From the NCBI RefSeq assembly GCF_009914755.1, contig NC_060927.1: 64,000 bases of DNA; one strand, written 5' to 3'. The first letter of the stretch is position 1; every line of letters starts with the position of its first letter. The stretch is from the human T2T-CHM13v2.0 reference genome, Homo sapiens. Of this stretch, positions 38,600 to 54,059 are shown one piece after another. The position numbers and the translations under genes were made by a program. Below the pieces are notes generated by a model that was not told where the DNA came from, did no database searches, and worked only from the letters and a program-made list of their open reading frames with translations.

Positions 38600-40320
38600 T
38601 CAGTCCCATCCTACTTTAATGGCTCATCCTCTATCTGCCTCAGTTTAACAAACGTGGATGTTCCCAAGGTTTTTGTCCTCTTCCCTCTTCTCTGCCTCCA
38701 TAAGCATTTTCTGGGAAATCTTACAACCTTCATTACCACTTACATGCAATTAAATTTCAAATTAATCTCTCCAGCCCAGACCTGTCTCTTGACTTCAAAA
38801 CCATGCATTTAATCATGAATGGGAAATCTCCATCTTGATATTTACAGATACTTTATTTGAAATGTTTATTCATTTGGTTATTTCATTCTACAATTATTTG
38901 TTGTGTACCTACTATGTACTCAGCACTTTCTTAAGTGGTAGGGATAAATTTATAATAAGAAAAACATATAATATCTGCCATTATGTAGCTTACCTCCAAT
39001 GGAAGCTTGTCATTTAGCAAATCAGGTAAATAAATGTAAATTATAATTGCAGAAGTCCTGCAGAGGTGTCATAAGAACAAGTAGGTTGTATAAAGCTTTC
39101 AGAGAAGGTGGTATCTGAGCTTCAAGGTAAAAAATGTATAAATTATAATTATATAATGAGTTAAGGGAGGGTTTGAGGGAGCAAGTCCTCAAGGGAAACA
39201 CCATGTGCAAAAGTCCTGTGGAACATTTGCTTTTATAAGAAAATTGTGGCTTGGATGGCATCACCTAGGGCAAAAGAACAGAATGAGAGGAGAGATTGGG
39301 AGAGCCTTAGGGAAACTTAATACTCAATGACTGAGTGAAGGAGACTGAGAAAGAATGACAAGATGTGGGAGAGGGAACCAGCAAAGCATAGTATCACAAA
39401 AGTGAAAGCGAGATGGTATTTCAAAAAGTAAGGAAAGATTGACAGGATCAAATGATGCTAAGAGGTCAAGAAAGATAAGAACTAAATGTTAAATGGATAT
39501 TATTGGTGCTTTTAGAAGAGCTGATTTGGTGGAATGATGAGACTAGAAGTCAGGTAAGAGCACATAAAGGAGAGAGTGATAGATAAGGAAATGGAATCTG
39601 AGAATAGTCAATCCTTCTGAGAAAGTTGGCTGATTAGAGAAATATGGTAGTAGCTAGAGGAGAATATAAGATCAAGGAAGTTATATTTTGTAAGTGGGAG
39701 AAACAAGAACATATTTAAATACTGAAGGAAACAATCCAATAAACAGGTATGATTAAATTTCTATGACAGAAAAGAGAAATAATGTAAAATATTGAAAAAA
39801 AACTGGGAGAAAGTAGAAACAAAAGGGCAAGAGGCAGAATTGGCCTTAAGTAGGAAGGGAGACAGCTTCTCTACTGCAAAAGAGGGACGAGGAGCAGGTG
39901 AATACAGAGGTAAATGGGATTTTCCATTTGGTAGTGGGAAATGAAAAAGTTCCTGCCTGAGGGCTCCTGGTTTTTCTATGATGTAAGTGATGCTGAGAGT
40001 GAATTGGGAGCAAAAGGCTTGAAGCTTTGTGGAGAAGAAAAGTTCTAAAATGGTCACCATGTGTGAAAGAGGGAGTTGATAAGAGCAATGTCATAGGATT
40101 GCTGAACGATTTCATGGATTATGTCCAGGCCATTTTAATCACTAAATTATAGAGGAGCTAATCTTCATTGACATATAACTATCTCCAGCAGCCTTTGGCT
40201 GATTACTATAGGCAAATATAAAGTAGTTGGGGAAATTCAGAGATGGACTTTTGCTAGATGGGTATGAAGAAAAGACAGAGGGATAAAGGAAATCAGGGCA
40301 TTGGAAGAATGTTATTGATC
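38600..40320. mobile_element. LINE-2 fragments in both orientations
   Basis: ATCTCTCCAGCCCAGACCTGTCTC sense piece; purine-rich antisense L2 at 38860-40320. Confidence 0.6.
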
Positions 40321-40326
40321 CTTGTT

Positions 40327-40688
40327 TGTCTTAGTCAGTTCAGGCTTCTATAATAGAATACCATAAACTAAGTAGCTTAAATGACAGAAATTCATTTCTC
40401 AGAGTTCTAGGAGCTGGGAAGTCCAAGATCAAGGGACTGGCAGATCCACTATCTGATAAGGGCATTTTTCCTGCTGCATCGATGGTGGTCTTGTATGCTC
40501 ACAGGACAGAGAGAAGAAACTCTGGTCTCTTCATCCCCTAATAAGGAAACTAATCCCATTCACAAGGGCTCCACCCTCATGACCTAATTCCCTCAAAGGC
40601 CCCACCTCCAAATACTATCACATGGGGAATTTAGGCTTCAACATATAAATTGGAGTGTCAGGAGGAGCATAAACATTCAGTCCATAGT
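40327..40688 (-). mobile_element. MaLR LTR (MLT1A/MST-type)
   Basis: TGTCTTAGTCAGTTCAGGCT...AAGTCCAAGATCAAGG...CATTCAGTCCATAG. Confidence 0.82.
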
Positions 40689-40894
40689 ATTATTGAAATA
40701 AAGAATTATAAATTTTAAGCTGGATATGGAAGGAAATGAAGAAAAGAGTGAACTATTAAGTTAGGAAAAGCAAATGGTAAATGAAATACAGGTCTCTGTG
40801 TCGTGAAAGAACTACTTGGAGATAACAGTGGCAAATAAATTGTCTCAAAAAGACAAAGGGTGAACTCAGAGTAAAGGCTAGTTTAATAGCTGAC

Positions 40895-41500
<606 letters not shown>

Positions 41501-41536
41501 CCAAATAGTTGACTTTTAAGCTTGAGCTCTTATAGT

Positions 41537-41930
41537 TGTTATGTGCTGAATTGTGTCCCTTCAGAAAAAAATTCATATATTGAAGTCCTAACCCTCAATA
41601 CTTCAGAATGTGACTGATAGATCTTTGGGGATAGATCTTTAAAAGAGATAAGTTAAAACAGGGTTGTTAGGGTGGGCCCTTAATCCAATATGATTGATGT
41701 CTTTATAAGAAAAGGGGATTAAGACACAGACAACACAAACATAGAGATGACCATGTGAGAACACAGCAAGAAACAGCTGTCTGCAAGCCAAGCAGTGGTC
41801 TCATAAGAAACTAAATCTACCAACACCTTGATTTGGGGCTTCTAGCCTCCAGAATTGTAAGGAAAGAAATTATGTTGTTTAAGCCATCCACTTTGTTGTA
41901 TTTTGTTATGGTAGGTCTAGCAAACAAAAA
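41537..41930 (+). mobile_element. MLT1A-type MaLR LTR
   Basis: TGTTATGTGCTGAATTGTGTCCC...GGGTGGGCCCTTAATCCAAT...CTAGCAAAC. Confidence 0.82.
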
Positions 41931-42058
41931 CACAGTAATAAGTATCCAGTGGGTAGCTGTGAAAGTGTGTGGGCAAACTATAAAAATCATGGAAGATGAG
42001 GGAGTCAAGAAGTTCAGAGTCTGATGCTGTTTGATCGATTATCCACATGGTTAATATC

Positions 42059-42426
42059 TAATATGGTTTGGCTGTGTCCCCACCCAAGTTTCATCTTGAA
42101 TTGTAGCCCCCACAATTCCCACATGTCATGGGAGGGACCTGGTGGAAGGTAATTGGATCATTGGGGCAGGTCTTTCCTGTGCTGTTTTCATGACAGTGAA
42201 TAAGTCTCACAAGATCTGACAGATTTATAAAGAGGAGTTCCCCTTCACAAGTCTTCTTCTTGCCTGCCGCCATGTAAGACATCCCTTAGCTCTTCCTTTG
42301 TCTTCCACCATGATTGTGAGGCCTCCCCAGCCATGAGGAACTGTGAGTCCATTAAACCTCTTTTTATTTATAAATTACCCAGTCTTGGGTATGTCTTTAT
42401 CAGTAGTGTGAAAACAGACTAATACA
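42059..42426 (+). mobile_element. THE1 solo LTR
   Basis: ATATGGTTTGGCTGTGTCCCCACCCAA...CAGACTAATACA; 5-bp TSD ATATC (42054-42058, 42427-42431). Confidence 0.93.
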
Positions 42427-42619
42427 ATATCATTCAGAATACTTGTTTGCACTTTTACTAGAGAGAAAGACAACCATATTCTTAAAATTCAAATAAAGAA
42501 ACAGGATCAACCAGGTAGTCAGAAGATGATAGCAATGTAGAAAGAAAAGATGTTATAGGTGAATGACAAGAGCCTCAAAGAAAGAGAGTTTATATTTTAT
42601 GATTTTCTTTCTTTTTTAA

Positions 42620-43610
<991 letters not shown>

Positions 43611-43765
43611 TTAAGGCAAAGAAGATCAAGTTCAAAAGCATATTACATGAAACAGTGAAGAACAAAGAAGATACAGAGGAAGAGATGCCTAGGTTGTACA
43701 ATCAATAAGTCTTCCTGAACTACTGAAGGGCAAGGTGGTTAGAGGCGGGGACAAGGCTAGAATAG

Positions 43766-46700
43766 GGAGGAGGCAGAGCAAGATGGCTGATTAGAAGCCT
43801 CCACCAATTGACCTCCCCACAGGAACACCAAATTTAACAACTATCTACACACACACAAAAACACCTTGCTAAGAATCAAAAATCAGGTGAGTGATGACAA
43901 TACTTGGTTTTAACTTTATATCACTGAAAGAGGCACTGCAGAGGGTAGGAAAGACAGTCTTGAATTGCTGACACCACTCTGGTGGCTGTGTGGCATGAAG
44001 AGATAATCTGGGTACTTGGGGGAAGGACAGAGCAATAACTGTGAGACTGCATCAGAACACAGTGCTGCCTGTCACAACAGAAAGCAGCTTTGGGCACAAC
44101 TCAGCCAGTGCCCACAGACAGAGTATTTAGACCAGCCCGAGTCAGAGGGGAATGGTTCAGCCCAGTAGTCAGAACCTGAGTTCTGGTAAGCCTCACCACC
44201 ATAGCCTAAAGTGCTCTGCGATCCTAAATAAACTTGAAAGGCAGTCTAGGCCATAAGGACTGCAATTCCTAGACAAGTCCTGGTGCTGTACTGGGCTCAG
44301 AGCCAGTGGATTTTGGAGGGCATGCAATATAGTGAGACACCAGCCTGGGTGGCCAAGAGAGTGTCTGTGCCACCTCTTGCCCAACCCCAGGCAGCACAGC
44401 TCGCAGCTCTGGGAGATAATTCTCCCATCTGCTTAAGGAGAGGAGGGGGAAAAATAAAGAGGACTTGGTCTTGCAACTTGGATACCAGCTAAGCCACAGT
44501 AGGTAGGGCACCAGGAAGAGTTGTGAGGCCCCTATTCCAGGCCCTAGGTCCCAGATGATATCTCCAGACACACCCTGGGACAGCAGGGAACCCATCCCCT
44601 TGAAGAGAAGGACTCAATCCTGGCAGGATTCATCACCTGCTGACTAAAGAGCGCTTGGGCCCCGAATAATCAACAGTGATGGCCAGGTAGTATACACTGT
44701 GGGCCTTGGATGAGACTCTGGGACAAGCTGGTTTTAAGTATGACCCAGCACATTCCCAACTGTGGTGGCTATGAGGAAGGACTCCTTCTGCTTGAGAAGT
44801 ACGGAGAGGGAAGAGTCAAGGGTATTTTGTCTTGCAGTTTAGGTACCAGCTTGGGCACAGTGGAATAGAGCACTAAGTGGGCACCTGGGGCTCCCAATTT
44901 CAAGCCTTAGCTCTTGGACACCATTTCTGGTCCTGGGCCAGAGGAAAGCCCACTGTCCTGAAGGGAAAGACTCAGGACTGCCAGCATTCGCCACAAGCTG
45001 ACTGAAGAGCCCTTGGGCCTTGAGTGAGAATCAGCAATAGCCAGGGAGTACTTGCCACAGGTCTGGGGTAGTGGCAGCCTTGGGAAGAGACTTCTCTGCT
45101 TGTGGAAAAGGGAGGGAAGAATGGGAAGGACTGCATTTCATGGTTGGAGTGCCAGTTCAGCCACAGTAGAATAGAACACCAGGCAAATTCCTAAGGTTTC
45201 TGACTCCAGGCCCTGACTCCCAGACAGCATCCCTGGACCTGCCTGACGATCTCACCACCCTGAAGGGAATACAAGCCTGGCTGGCTTCACCACCTGCTGA
45301 CTGTAGAGACCTAGGGACTTGAGCAAACATAGGCAGTAGCCAGGGAGTGGCTACCACAGGCCTTGGGCAAGACTCGGTGCTATTCTGGCTTCAGGACTGA
45401 CCCAGCACAGTCCCAGTTGTGGGAACTTGCTTATTAGTTTGTTTATAAAATCAGTGTTAAGTTGTCATCAGTTAAAATAACAGGTTATAAGATATTATTT
45501 GCAATCCTGATAGTAACTTCAATGAAAAAAACATACAATGGATATACAAGAAATTTAAAACATACCACCAGAGAAAATCACCGTCACTAAAACGTAGATA
45601 AGAAGGAAGGAGAGAAGAAAGAGAAGACCACAAATCAACCAGAAAACAAATAACAAAATGGCAAAAGTAAGTCCTTACTTATCAACAATAGCATTGAAAG
45701 TAAATGGACTAAACTCTCTAAACAAAAGAAATGAGATGGCTGAATGGATTTAAAAAACAAGACTCAGTGATCTGTTGCCTACAAGAAACACACCTCATCT
45801 ATAAAGACACATATAGACTGAAAGTAAAGGAACAGAAAGATGTTCCATGCAAACAGAAATCAAAATAGAGTAGAAATAATTACACTTACATCAGACAAAA
45901 ATAGATTTTAAGACATAGAAGGTCATTATATAATGATAAAGAGGTCAATTCAGTAAAAGGATATAACAATTGTAAATATATATGCATCCAATGCTGGAGA
46001 ACTCAGATATATAAGCCAAATATTATTAGAGCTAAAGAAAGAGATCAACACCAATACAACAATAGCTGGAGATTCTAACACCCAACTGTCAACACTGGAC
46101 AGATCATCCAGGCAGAAAATGAACAAGGAAACATTGGACTTAATCTGCACTATAGACCAAATTGACCTAATAGATATTTATAGAACTTTTTATCCAATGG
46201 TTGCAGAATACACATTATTCTCCTCAGCATATGGATAATTCTTAAGAACAGACCATATGTTAGTCCACAAAACAAGTCTTAAAACATTCCAAAAATTGAA
46301 ATTATATCAAGTATCTTCTCTGACCACAATGGAATAAAATTAGAAATCAATAAAAAGGAATTTTGGAAACTACATGAACTCACAGGAATTAAACAATATG
46401 TTCCTGAATGACCAGTGGGTCAATGAAGAAATTAAGAAGAAAATTTAAAAATGTCTTGAAACAAATGACAGTAGAAACACAACATACCAAAACCTATGGT
46501 ATACGGTGAAAGCAGTACTAAGAGAAAAGTTTATAGCTATAAGCAACTACATCAAAAAAGATAGAAAAACCTCAAATAACTAATGACATATCTTAAAGAA
46601 CTAAAAAAGCAAGTGCAAACCAAACTCAAAATTAGTAGAAGAAAATAAATGAAAAAGATCAGAACAAAATTAAATGAAATTGAAAGAAAACAAAAGATCA

Positions 46701-49700
46701 ACAAATTAAAAAGTTGTTTTTTTCAAAAGATAAATTGACAAACCTTTAGCCAGACTAACAAAATAAGAGAGAGAAGCCTAAAATATATGAAATCAAAGAT
46801 GAAAAAGGAGACATTACAACTGATACCACAGAAATTCAAAGGATCAGTAGAGGCTACTATGAGCAACTTTATGCAAGTAAATTTTAAAACCTTGAAGAAA
46901 TAGTAAAATTCCTAGACACATACAACCTACCAAGACTGAACCATGAAGAAATTCAAAACGTGAACAGACCAATTATGAGTAATGAGATCAAAGCCATAAT
47001 AAAAAAATTATCCTAGCAAAGAAAAGCCTGGGACCCAATGGCTTCACTGTTGAATTCTACCAAACATTTAAGAATACCAATCATGCTCAAACTATTATGA
47101 AAAATGAGGAGAAGGGAATACTTCCAAACTCATTCAACAAGGCCAGTACTACCCTAATACCAAAGCCAGACAAAGGCACATCATAAAAAGAAAACTATAG
47201 GCCACTATCACAGATGAATATTGATGCAAAACCTCAACAAAATACTAGCAAACTGAATTCAACAACACATTAAAAAGATCATTCATCATGGCCAAGTGGG
47301 AATTATCCCAGGGATGCAAGGATGGTTCAACATATGCAAATCAATCAATGTGGTACATCATATCAACAGAATGAAGGACAAAAATCACACCATCATTTCA
47401 ATTGATGCTGAAAATGCACTTGATAAAATTCAACATCCCATCATGACAAAAATTCTCAAAAGACTGGGTAGAGAAGGAATATACCTCAACACAATAAAAC
47501 CCATATATGACAGACCTATAGCTAGTATCATACTGAATGAAGAAATACAGAAAGCCTTTCCTCTAAGATCTGAAACACAACAAAGATGCCCACTGTTACT
47601 GCTGTTATTCAACATAGTACTGGAAGTTCTAGATAGAGCAATCAGATAAGAAAGAAATAAAGGGCATCCAAACTAGAAAGAAAGAAGTCAAATTATCCTT
47701 GTTTGCAGATTATATGATCTTATATTTGGTAAAATCTAAAGACGCCACCAAAAAACTATTAGAACTGGTAAACAAATTTGGTAAAGTTGCAGGATACAAA
47801 ATCAACACACAAAAATCAATAGCATTTCTATACACCAACAGCAAACAATCTGAAAAAGAAATCAAAAAAGTAATCACACTTATAATAGCTACAAATAAAA
47901 TAAAATACATAGAGATTAACTTAACCAAAGAAGTGAAAGATTTCTACAATGACAACTATAAAATATGGATGAAAGAAATTGAAGAGGAACAAAAAAAGGA
48001 AAGATATTCCATATTCATAGATTGGAAGAATCAATATTGTTAAAATGTCCATAGTATCTAAAGCAATCTACAAATTCAATGCAATGCCTATCAAAATAGC
48101 AATCACATTCTTCATACACATAGAAAAAAAATCCTAAAATTTATACAGAATCACAAAAGACTCAGAATAGACAAAGCTATGCTGAACAGAAAGAACAAAG
48201 CTGGAGAAATCACATTAGCTGACTTCAAGTTATACTACAGAGATACAGGAACCAAAACAGCATGGTACTGACATAAAAACAGAAACACAGACCAATAGAA
48301 CAGAATACAGAATGCAAAAACAAATCCATACATCTACGATGAGCTCATTTTTGACAAAGATGCCAAGAACGTACATTGCACAAAGAGCAGTCTCTTTAAT
48401 AAACAGTTTTGGAAAAACTGGATATCCATATGCAGAAGAATAAAATGACCCCTATCTCTTGCTATATACAAAAATCAAATCAAAATGGATTAAAGACTTA
48501 AACTTAAGACCTCAAAACTATGAAACAATTAAAAGAAAACATTGGGGAAACTCTCCAGGACATTAGACTGGGCAAAGATTTCTTGAATAACACCCCACAA
48601 GCACAGGCAACCAAAGCGAAAATGGACAAATGGAATCACATCAACTTAAAAACCTTCTGCGCAGCAAAGGAAGACATCAGTAAAGTGAAGAGAATTTCTT
48701 TTAATTCTCTTCATAAAGTGAATTAAATTCTCTAAATAAAGTGAAGAATATTTCTCTCACAGAATGAGAGAAAATATTTGCAAATTATCCATCTGACAAG
48801 GAATTAATAACCAGAATATATAAGGAGCCCAAACAACTCTATGGGGGAAAAAAATCTACTAATCCAATTTTAAAATTGGGAAAAGTTCTGAAGAGACATT
48901 TCTGAAAAGAAGGCATGAGAATGGCAAACAGGTATATGAAAAGGTGCTCAACATCACGAATCATCAGAGAAATGCAAATAAAAACTATGATATATCATCT
49001 CATTCCTGTTAAAATGGCTTTTTTCCAAAAGACAGGCAATGCCAAATGCTGGCAAGAATGTGGAGTAAATTATACTGTTGGTAGGAATGTAAATTAGTAC
49101 AACCACTATGGAGAACAGTTTGGGGTTCCTCAAAAAAACTAAAAATGGAGCTAACATATGATCCAGCAATCCCACTGCTAGGTATATACCCAAAAGAAAG
49201 GAAATCAGTATATTGAAGGAAATCAGTACATCTGTACTCCCATGTTTATTGCATCACTATTCACAATAGCCAAGATTTGAAAGCAACCTAAGTATCCATC
49301 AACAGATGAATGGATAAAGAAAATGTAGTACATATACACAATGTGTACTCTTCAGCCATAAAAAAGAATGAAATCCTACGATTTGCAACAACCTGGATGG
49401 AACTGGAGGTTATTAAGTTAAGTGAAAAAAGCCAGGTACAGAAAGACAAACATCACATGGTCTCCCTTACTTGTGAGCTAACAATTAAAACAACTGAACT
49501 CATAGAGATGGCGAGTAGAATGATGGTCACCAGCAGCTTAGAAGGGTGGTGGGTGTGGCGGGGGGTGGGGTGCAAATTGGGGATGGTATATGAGTAAGAA
49601 AAAATACATAGAATGAATAAGATATAGTATTTATTAGCACAACCGGGAGATTATAGTCAATAATAACTTATTGCACATGTCAAAATAACTAAAAGATTAT

Positions 49701-49863
49701 GAGTGGATTGTTTGTAACACAAAGGATAAATGCTTGAGGTGATGGATATCCCATTTACCCTCATATGATTATTATGCATTATATGCCTTATCAAAATATC
49801 TCATGTACCCCATAAATACATATATCTACCATGTATCCACAAAAATTACAAATAATAATAATA
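43766..49863 (+). mobile_element. L1MA-type (L1MA2-like) element with its long repetitive 5' UTR retained, ORF1 deleted at ~45420 and ORF2 decayed
   Basis: GAGGCAGAGCAAGATGGC start; ORF2 from 45658 (fragments [18 protein letters not shown]); L1MA 3' end and A tail; degenerate TSD AAG(GCT/ACC)AGAATA. Confidence 0.85.
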
Positions 49864-50454
49864 AAGACCAGAATAACTCTCAAGATTCTGGCTTTAGTGA
49901 CAGGGAAAATGAAGTCCAAGAATAATACGGGAGGAAGAACATGTCTTAGAGAAACTATAATGAACTCCATTTAGATACCTCAAAATTGTCTTCACAAAAA
50001 TAAAAGATCACCAAGTTCTGTCAATTCTCTCTTCTAAATATCTCTTGTCTGCACAGTCTTTCATGCTCTAGTCACATCACAGCTGCCCAATAGATCCACC
50101 TGCCCCTGACCTGGCTCCCTTGTATCTTCTCCACACTGCTGCCAAAGTGAACATGGTAGTAGCCATGGCAGACAGAATGGCTCTGTGTGTACATGGGACG
50201 CACCCTTACCAGAACCACTCAAAGCCATCAGGCAGAAGCTTAATACGTTATGCTCAGATATGAGATCTGATATTTCAGCTGGTAAGGGTTAAGACCTATT
50301 GCAATTTGGACAATTAAAGTCTGTAGCAGGTCAGTTACATACAGTAATTTACTTTTTACTTTAGTAATTTGCAAATGACATTAGAAATACAAGTGCTAGC
50401 AAGCAGCACTGCCCAAAATGACTTTTAAATTATGCTGAGTGTTTTGGTCTTGTA

Positions 50455-51138
50455 CGTTACAGGATGTTTGTCCCCTCCAAATCTCATGTTGGAATTTGAT
50501 CTCTAATGTTAGACATGGGGCCTAATGGGAGGTGTTTGGGTCTTGCGGGTGGATGCCTCATGAATAGATTGATGATTTCCCTAGGTGGGGAAGGGGGTGG
50601 GTTCTTGTTCTATTCATTCCCAGGAGAGCTGGTTATTAAAAAGAGCCTGGCACCTCCCCACTCCCTCTTTTGTTTGTTTGTTTGTGATAGGGTCTCACTC
50701 TTGACACCCAAGCTGGATGGAGCGCAGTGGCACGATCTTGGCACACTGCAGCCTCAAGCGATCCTCCCACCTCAACCTCCCGAGTAGCTGGGACTAGAGG
50801 CATGCACCACCATACCTGGCTAATTTTTGTATTTTTTGTAGAGACAGGGTTTCACTATGTTGCCCAAGCTTGTCTCAACTGCTGCACTCAAGTGATCTAC
50901 TTGCCTTGGCCTCCCAAAGTGCTGGGATTACAGGCGTGAGCCACCGCGCCTGATCTCCCCACTCTCCCTCTTGCTTCCTCTCTCACCACATGATCTCTAT
51001 ACAGGCTAACTCCTTTTCACCTTCTGACATGACTACAAGCCCGTGAGGCCCTCACCAGAAGAAGATGCTGGCACCATGCTTCTCGTATAGCCTGCAAAGC
51101 CATGAGCCAAATTGCCCAGCCTCAAGTATTCCTTTATA
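50455..51138 (+). mobile_element. MST-type MaLR LTR interrupted by a reverse AluJ-like element (~50668-50953)
   Basis: GATGTTTGTCCCCTCCAAATCTCATGTT...GTATTCCTTTATAGC; duplicated TCCCCACTC(T)CCTCT around the Alu. Confidence 0.85.
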
Positions 51139-51762
51139 GCCATACAAATAAACTAAAAATTACTTTTAATTTTTTTAAACTTATTTTGAAATAAGTATAG
51201 ATTTACAGGAAGTTGAAAAGATAGTACAGAGAGGTATCACATACCCTTCACTCAGTTTCTACCACTGGTTACATGTTATGCAACTATACACAACCACCCA
51301 GGACATTGACATTAGTATAGAATGTGTGTACAGCTCTACAGCATTTTTTCATATGTATAGATTTATGTAAGCATCATGACAATTAAGACACAAAACTATA
51401 CCATCACCACAAAGGTCTCCTTCAAGCTACTTCTTTAATGTCACACCTACTCCCCTCCCACTCACCACCCCAACCCCTGCCAAATGTTGGTTGATCTTTT
51501 TAACTTTGTATCTAGGGAAGTGAATGAAGGATGCACATAATATTATATGTTGTGATATAAACATTCATGCTTTCTCACAGAGCTTCCTTTGCAGCTATCA
51601 CTCCCCTCACCTGAACCATCTGTAGCTATCTCTTATTCATTTGGTCATATCCTACCAATTTCTCAAAATCAAGGTACAATAATACAAAATAATAACTTAA
51701 TTTTAACTTCTTCCTTTCTTGATAGTTCCCTGCTCTAAATTCACAACACACATTCTCTATAC

Positions 51763-51981
51763 CAGGGGTGTCCAATCTTTTTGCTTCCCTGGGCCACACT
51801 GCAAAAAGAAGAATTGTCTTGGCCCACACATAAAATACACTAACACTAACAACAGCTGACGAGCTAAAAAAAAAAATTGCAAAATATCTCATAAAGTTTT
51901 AAGAAAGTTTATGAATTTGTGTTGCGCCTCATTCAAAGCCCACATGCATGCAGCCCACAGGCTATGGGATGGACAAGCTTG
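51763..51981 (+). mobile_element. MER30 (hAT-Charlie MITE)
   Basis: CAGGGGTGTCCAATC...GGACAAGCTTG; 8-bp TSD-like CTCTATAC / GTCTACAC. Confidence 0.9.
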
Positions 51982-52890
51982 GTCTACACCATTGATATTT
52001 TAGTCACCAATTCCTTTGTGAAACCTTATTATTCAATGATAAGGTATATTTAACTTTTTAAATGTATAGTTTTTTCTCCTTGAGAGACTACTTTGTACTG
52101 CTTATTTAATCCACTACAGTGCCTAGAAAAGATAGAAACAATGAGTATTTGTTGACTAACTTCAAAAAGCATTTTGTAGATAATACTAATATATTTTATG
52201 GCCCTTTTATTTAGAAAAGCTTAAAGTGGATTACCAACGTTACTCCAATAATCCTGATGGCACTTCTATGCAATTCATCAGTATTATCATCTTGGCACCT
52301 GGCACAGCACTTGGTTTAGACAGTCAATCAATATTTAGATGACTGAATTCTCATATGCTCACATTTAGTAAAACTGGAGACATTAAAAGAGATTAGTAAT
52401 CAATACCGAATTACCAATTGCTAAGAAAGAAGAAATAAAAGGATAGAAGAGAAAATAGATGTGGATTGAGGGCAGAGGAGAAGTAAAGAGATAAAGATGA
52501 GGAAAAGTACATTCAGACCTTAGAATTCAGCTTCTGATTGTTAGAGAGACTGACTGATCCAGGTGAAAGCATTTCGACATGCTGTGCCTGTGGCCAAAAG
52601 TCCCGTTGGAGCAAAGCCTGATATAACCCTGGTTTTTGAGAGAAGATCATGGTCAACTAATAAGCCCACGGAAGAGAAAGGAGGCAGTGAGGAGAGAGCA
52701 AGGCTCCTGAGTGATGCTCTACGGGCCAACCCCAGCAGCAGCCACCTGAGCTTTCTGTTGCCGCATCCCTGACCCTCACTGCAGGAACCAGGAGTGGGCT
52801 AAAAATTCCACCTGCTATTTTCTATCTACAAGATAGTTTCACTATGTAGTAATTGAGATTCAAACAGGAAGACAAATAATAATGACTTAC

Positions 52891-53001
52891 ATGAGACATG
52901 GGAGACCACATTAACTGACACACAGGTCCAGGAGTATTAATATAACCAATCGGCTTATAATCCCTTTCCACTTCAAAGAAGAAAACAGTTTGATCTTTAC
53001 T
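52891..53001 (-). CDS. CFAP44: CFAP44 coding exon (~exon 15), [37 protein letters not shown]
   Basis: 111 bp, phase 0/0; acceptor CCTTAG, donor GTAAGT. Confidence 0.94.
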
Positions 53002-53658
53002 CTAAGGAAAAAGAGACACACCGACGAAATATATATTACTATGAAATCTAGCCTATAGATCACAAAAAAGCATTTAATAACATAACGCTATCTCTATCTA
53101 CAATGGTCATATATCCCAGATTATTCTAGGAGAATTCTTATTTCTAAAACTTGCTCAATTTTCCCCATTAGAACATTTGGAAAACCATGTGTTTCAGTAT
53201 GTGGTTCTGAAAATATGATCACCATACTTTCAGAAATTCACACAAAAAAATTATACCATGCATATGCTCACCTATTAGTGCATAAAGAATTTACACAGTT
53301 ATTCTCTTCATTTATGGCAATTCTATATAAGAACATAACTATGCTGAATAAAACACTGATTATAAATAATACAACTAGCATGGTCCCCAGTTGAAATTTT
53401 CAATTCACCTAAAATAAGCATTAGAATTCAATTTGTAAGAATATTTTTAAGTGTTATTCACATGCTCCAGCTCTCTTCTGATTAAAAAGAGGGTTATTCA
53501 CAGACTACGCTGAAAGAATATGACTACAAAGAAAGCAAAATGTGAATATATTGATAGAAAATGAATTTCAGTAAATAAGACATGATGAAGTAGGAGGACT
53601 TATAAGGCAATTTAACTATAAAATTTCAACAAGAAAAGAAAGGAAATGTACTGCTTAC

Positions 53659-53868
53659 CCCTGTGGCTAGAATTTCCCCATCACGTTCATAAGCTAAAGC
53701 AGTGACACAAGCAGTATGGGGTTTGAAAACCTGTTTCAACTGAATATCAGCATCCAAAATTTTCTTCCGTCCCGCAAAAATCGTGAGCCCTTTTGGATCA
53801 TAAAGTTCAAGAATTCGAACAACTCCATCTTCAAATCCTACAATAATTTGTGCTCCAGTGAAGTTTAC
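53659..53868 (-). CDS. CFAP44: CFAP44 coding exon (~exon 14), [27 protein letters not shown]...[23 protein letters not shown]
   Basis: 210 bp, phase 0/0; acceptor CTCCAAG, donor GTAAGC; WD40 motif H...[16 protein letters not shown]. Confidence 0.95.
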
Positions 53869-54059
53869 CTTGGAGAAAATTAAAGATAAGGGACCTGAAA
53901 CTAGTTAAATTGAGAAAGTTGTACTATATAACAGATATTTTATTTAGACTCAGGTAATTTAATATTGGCTGCCCATTGGCAATTCTTTATACCACTTTCT
54001 GGTAACCTCTATCCATTCCAGCATAGTTCCTTATAACCAATGACCACAGGAAGGATAAA

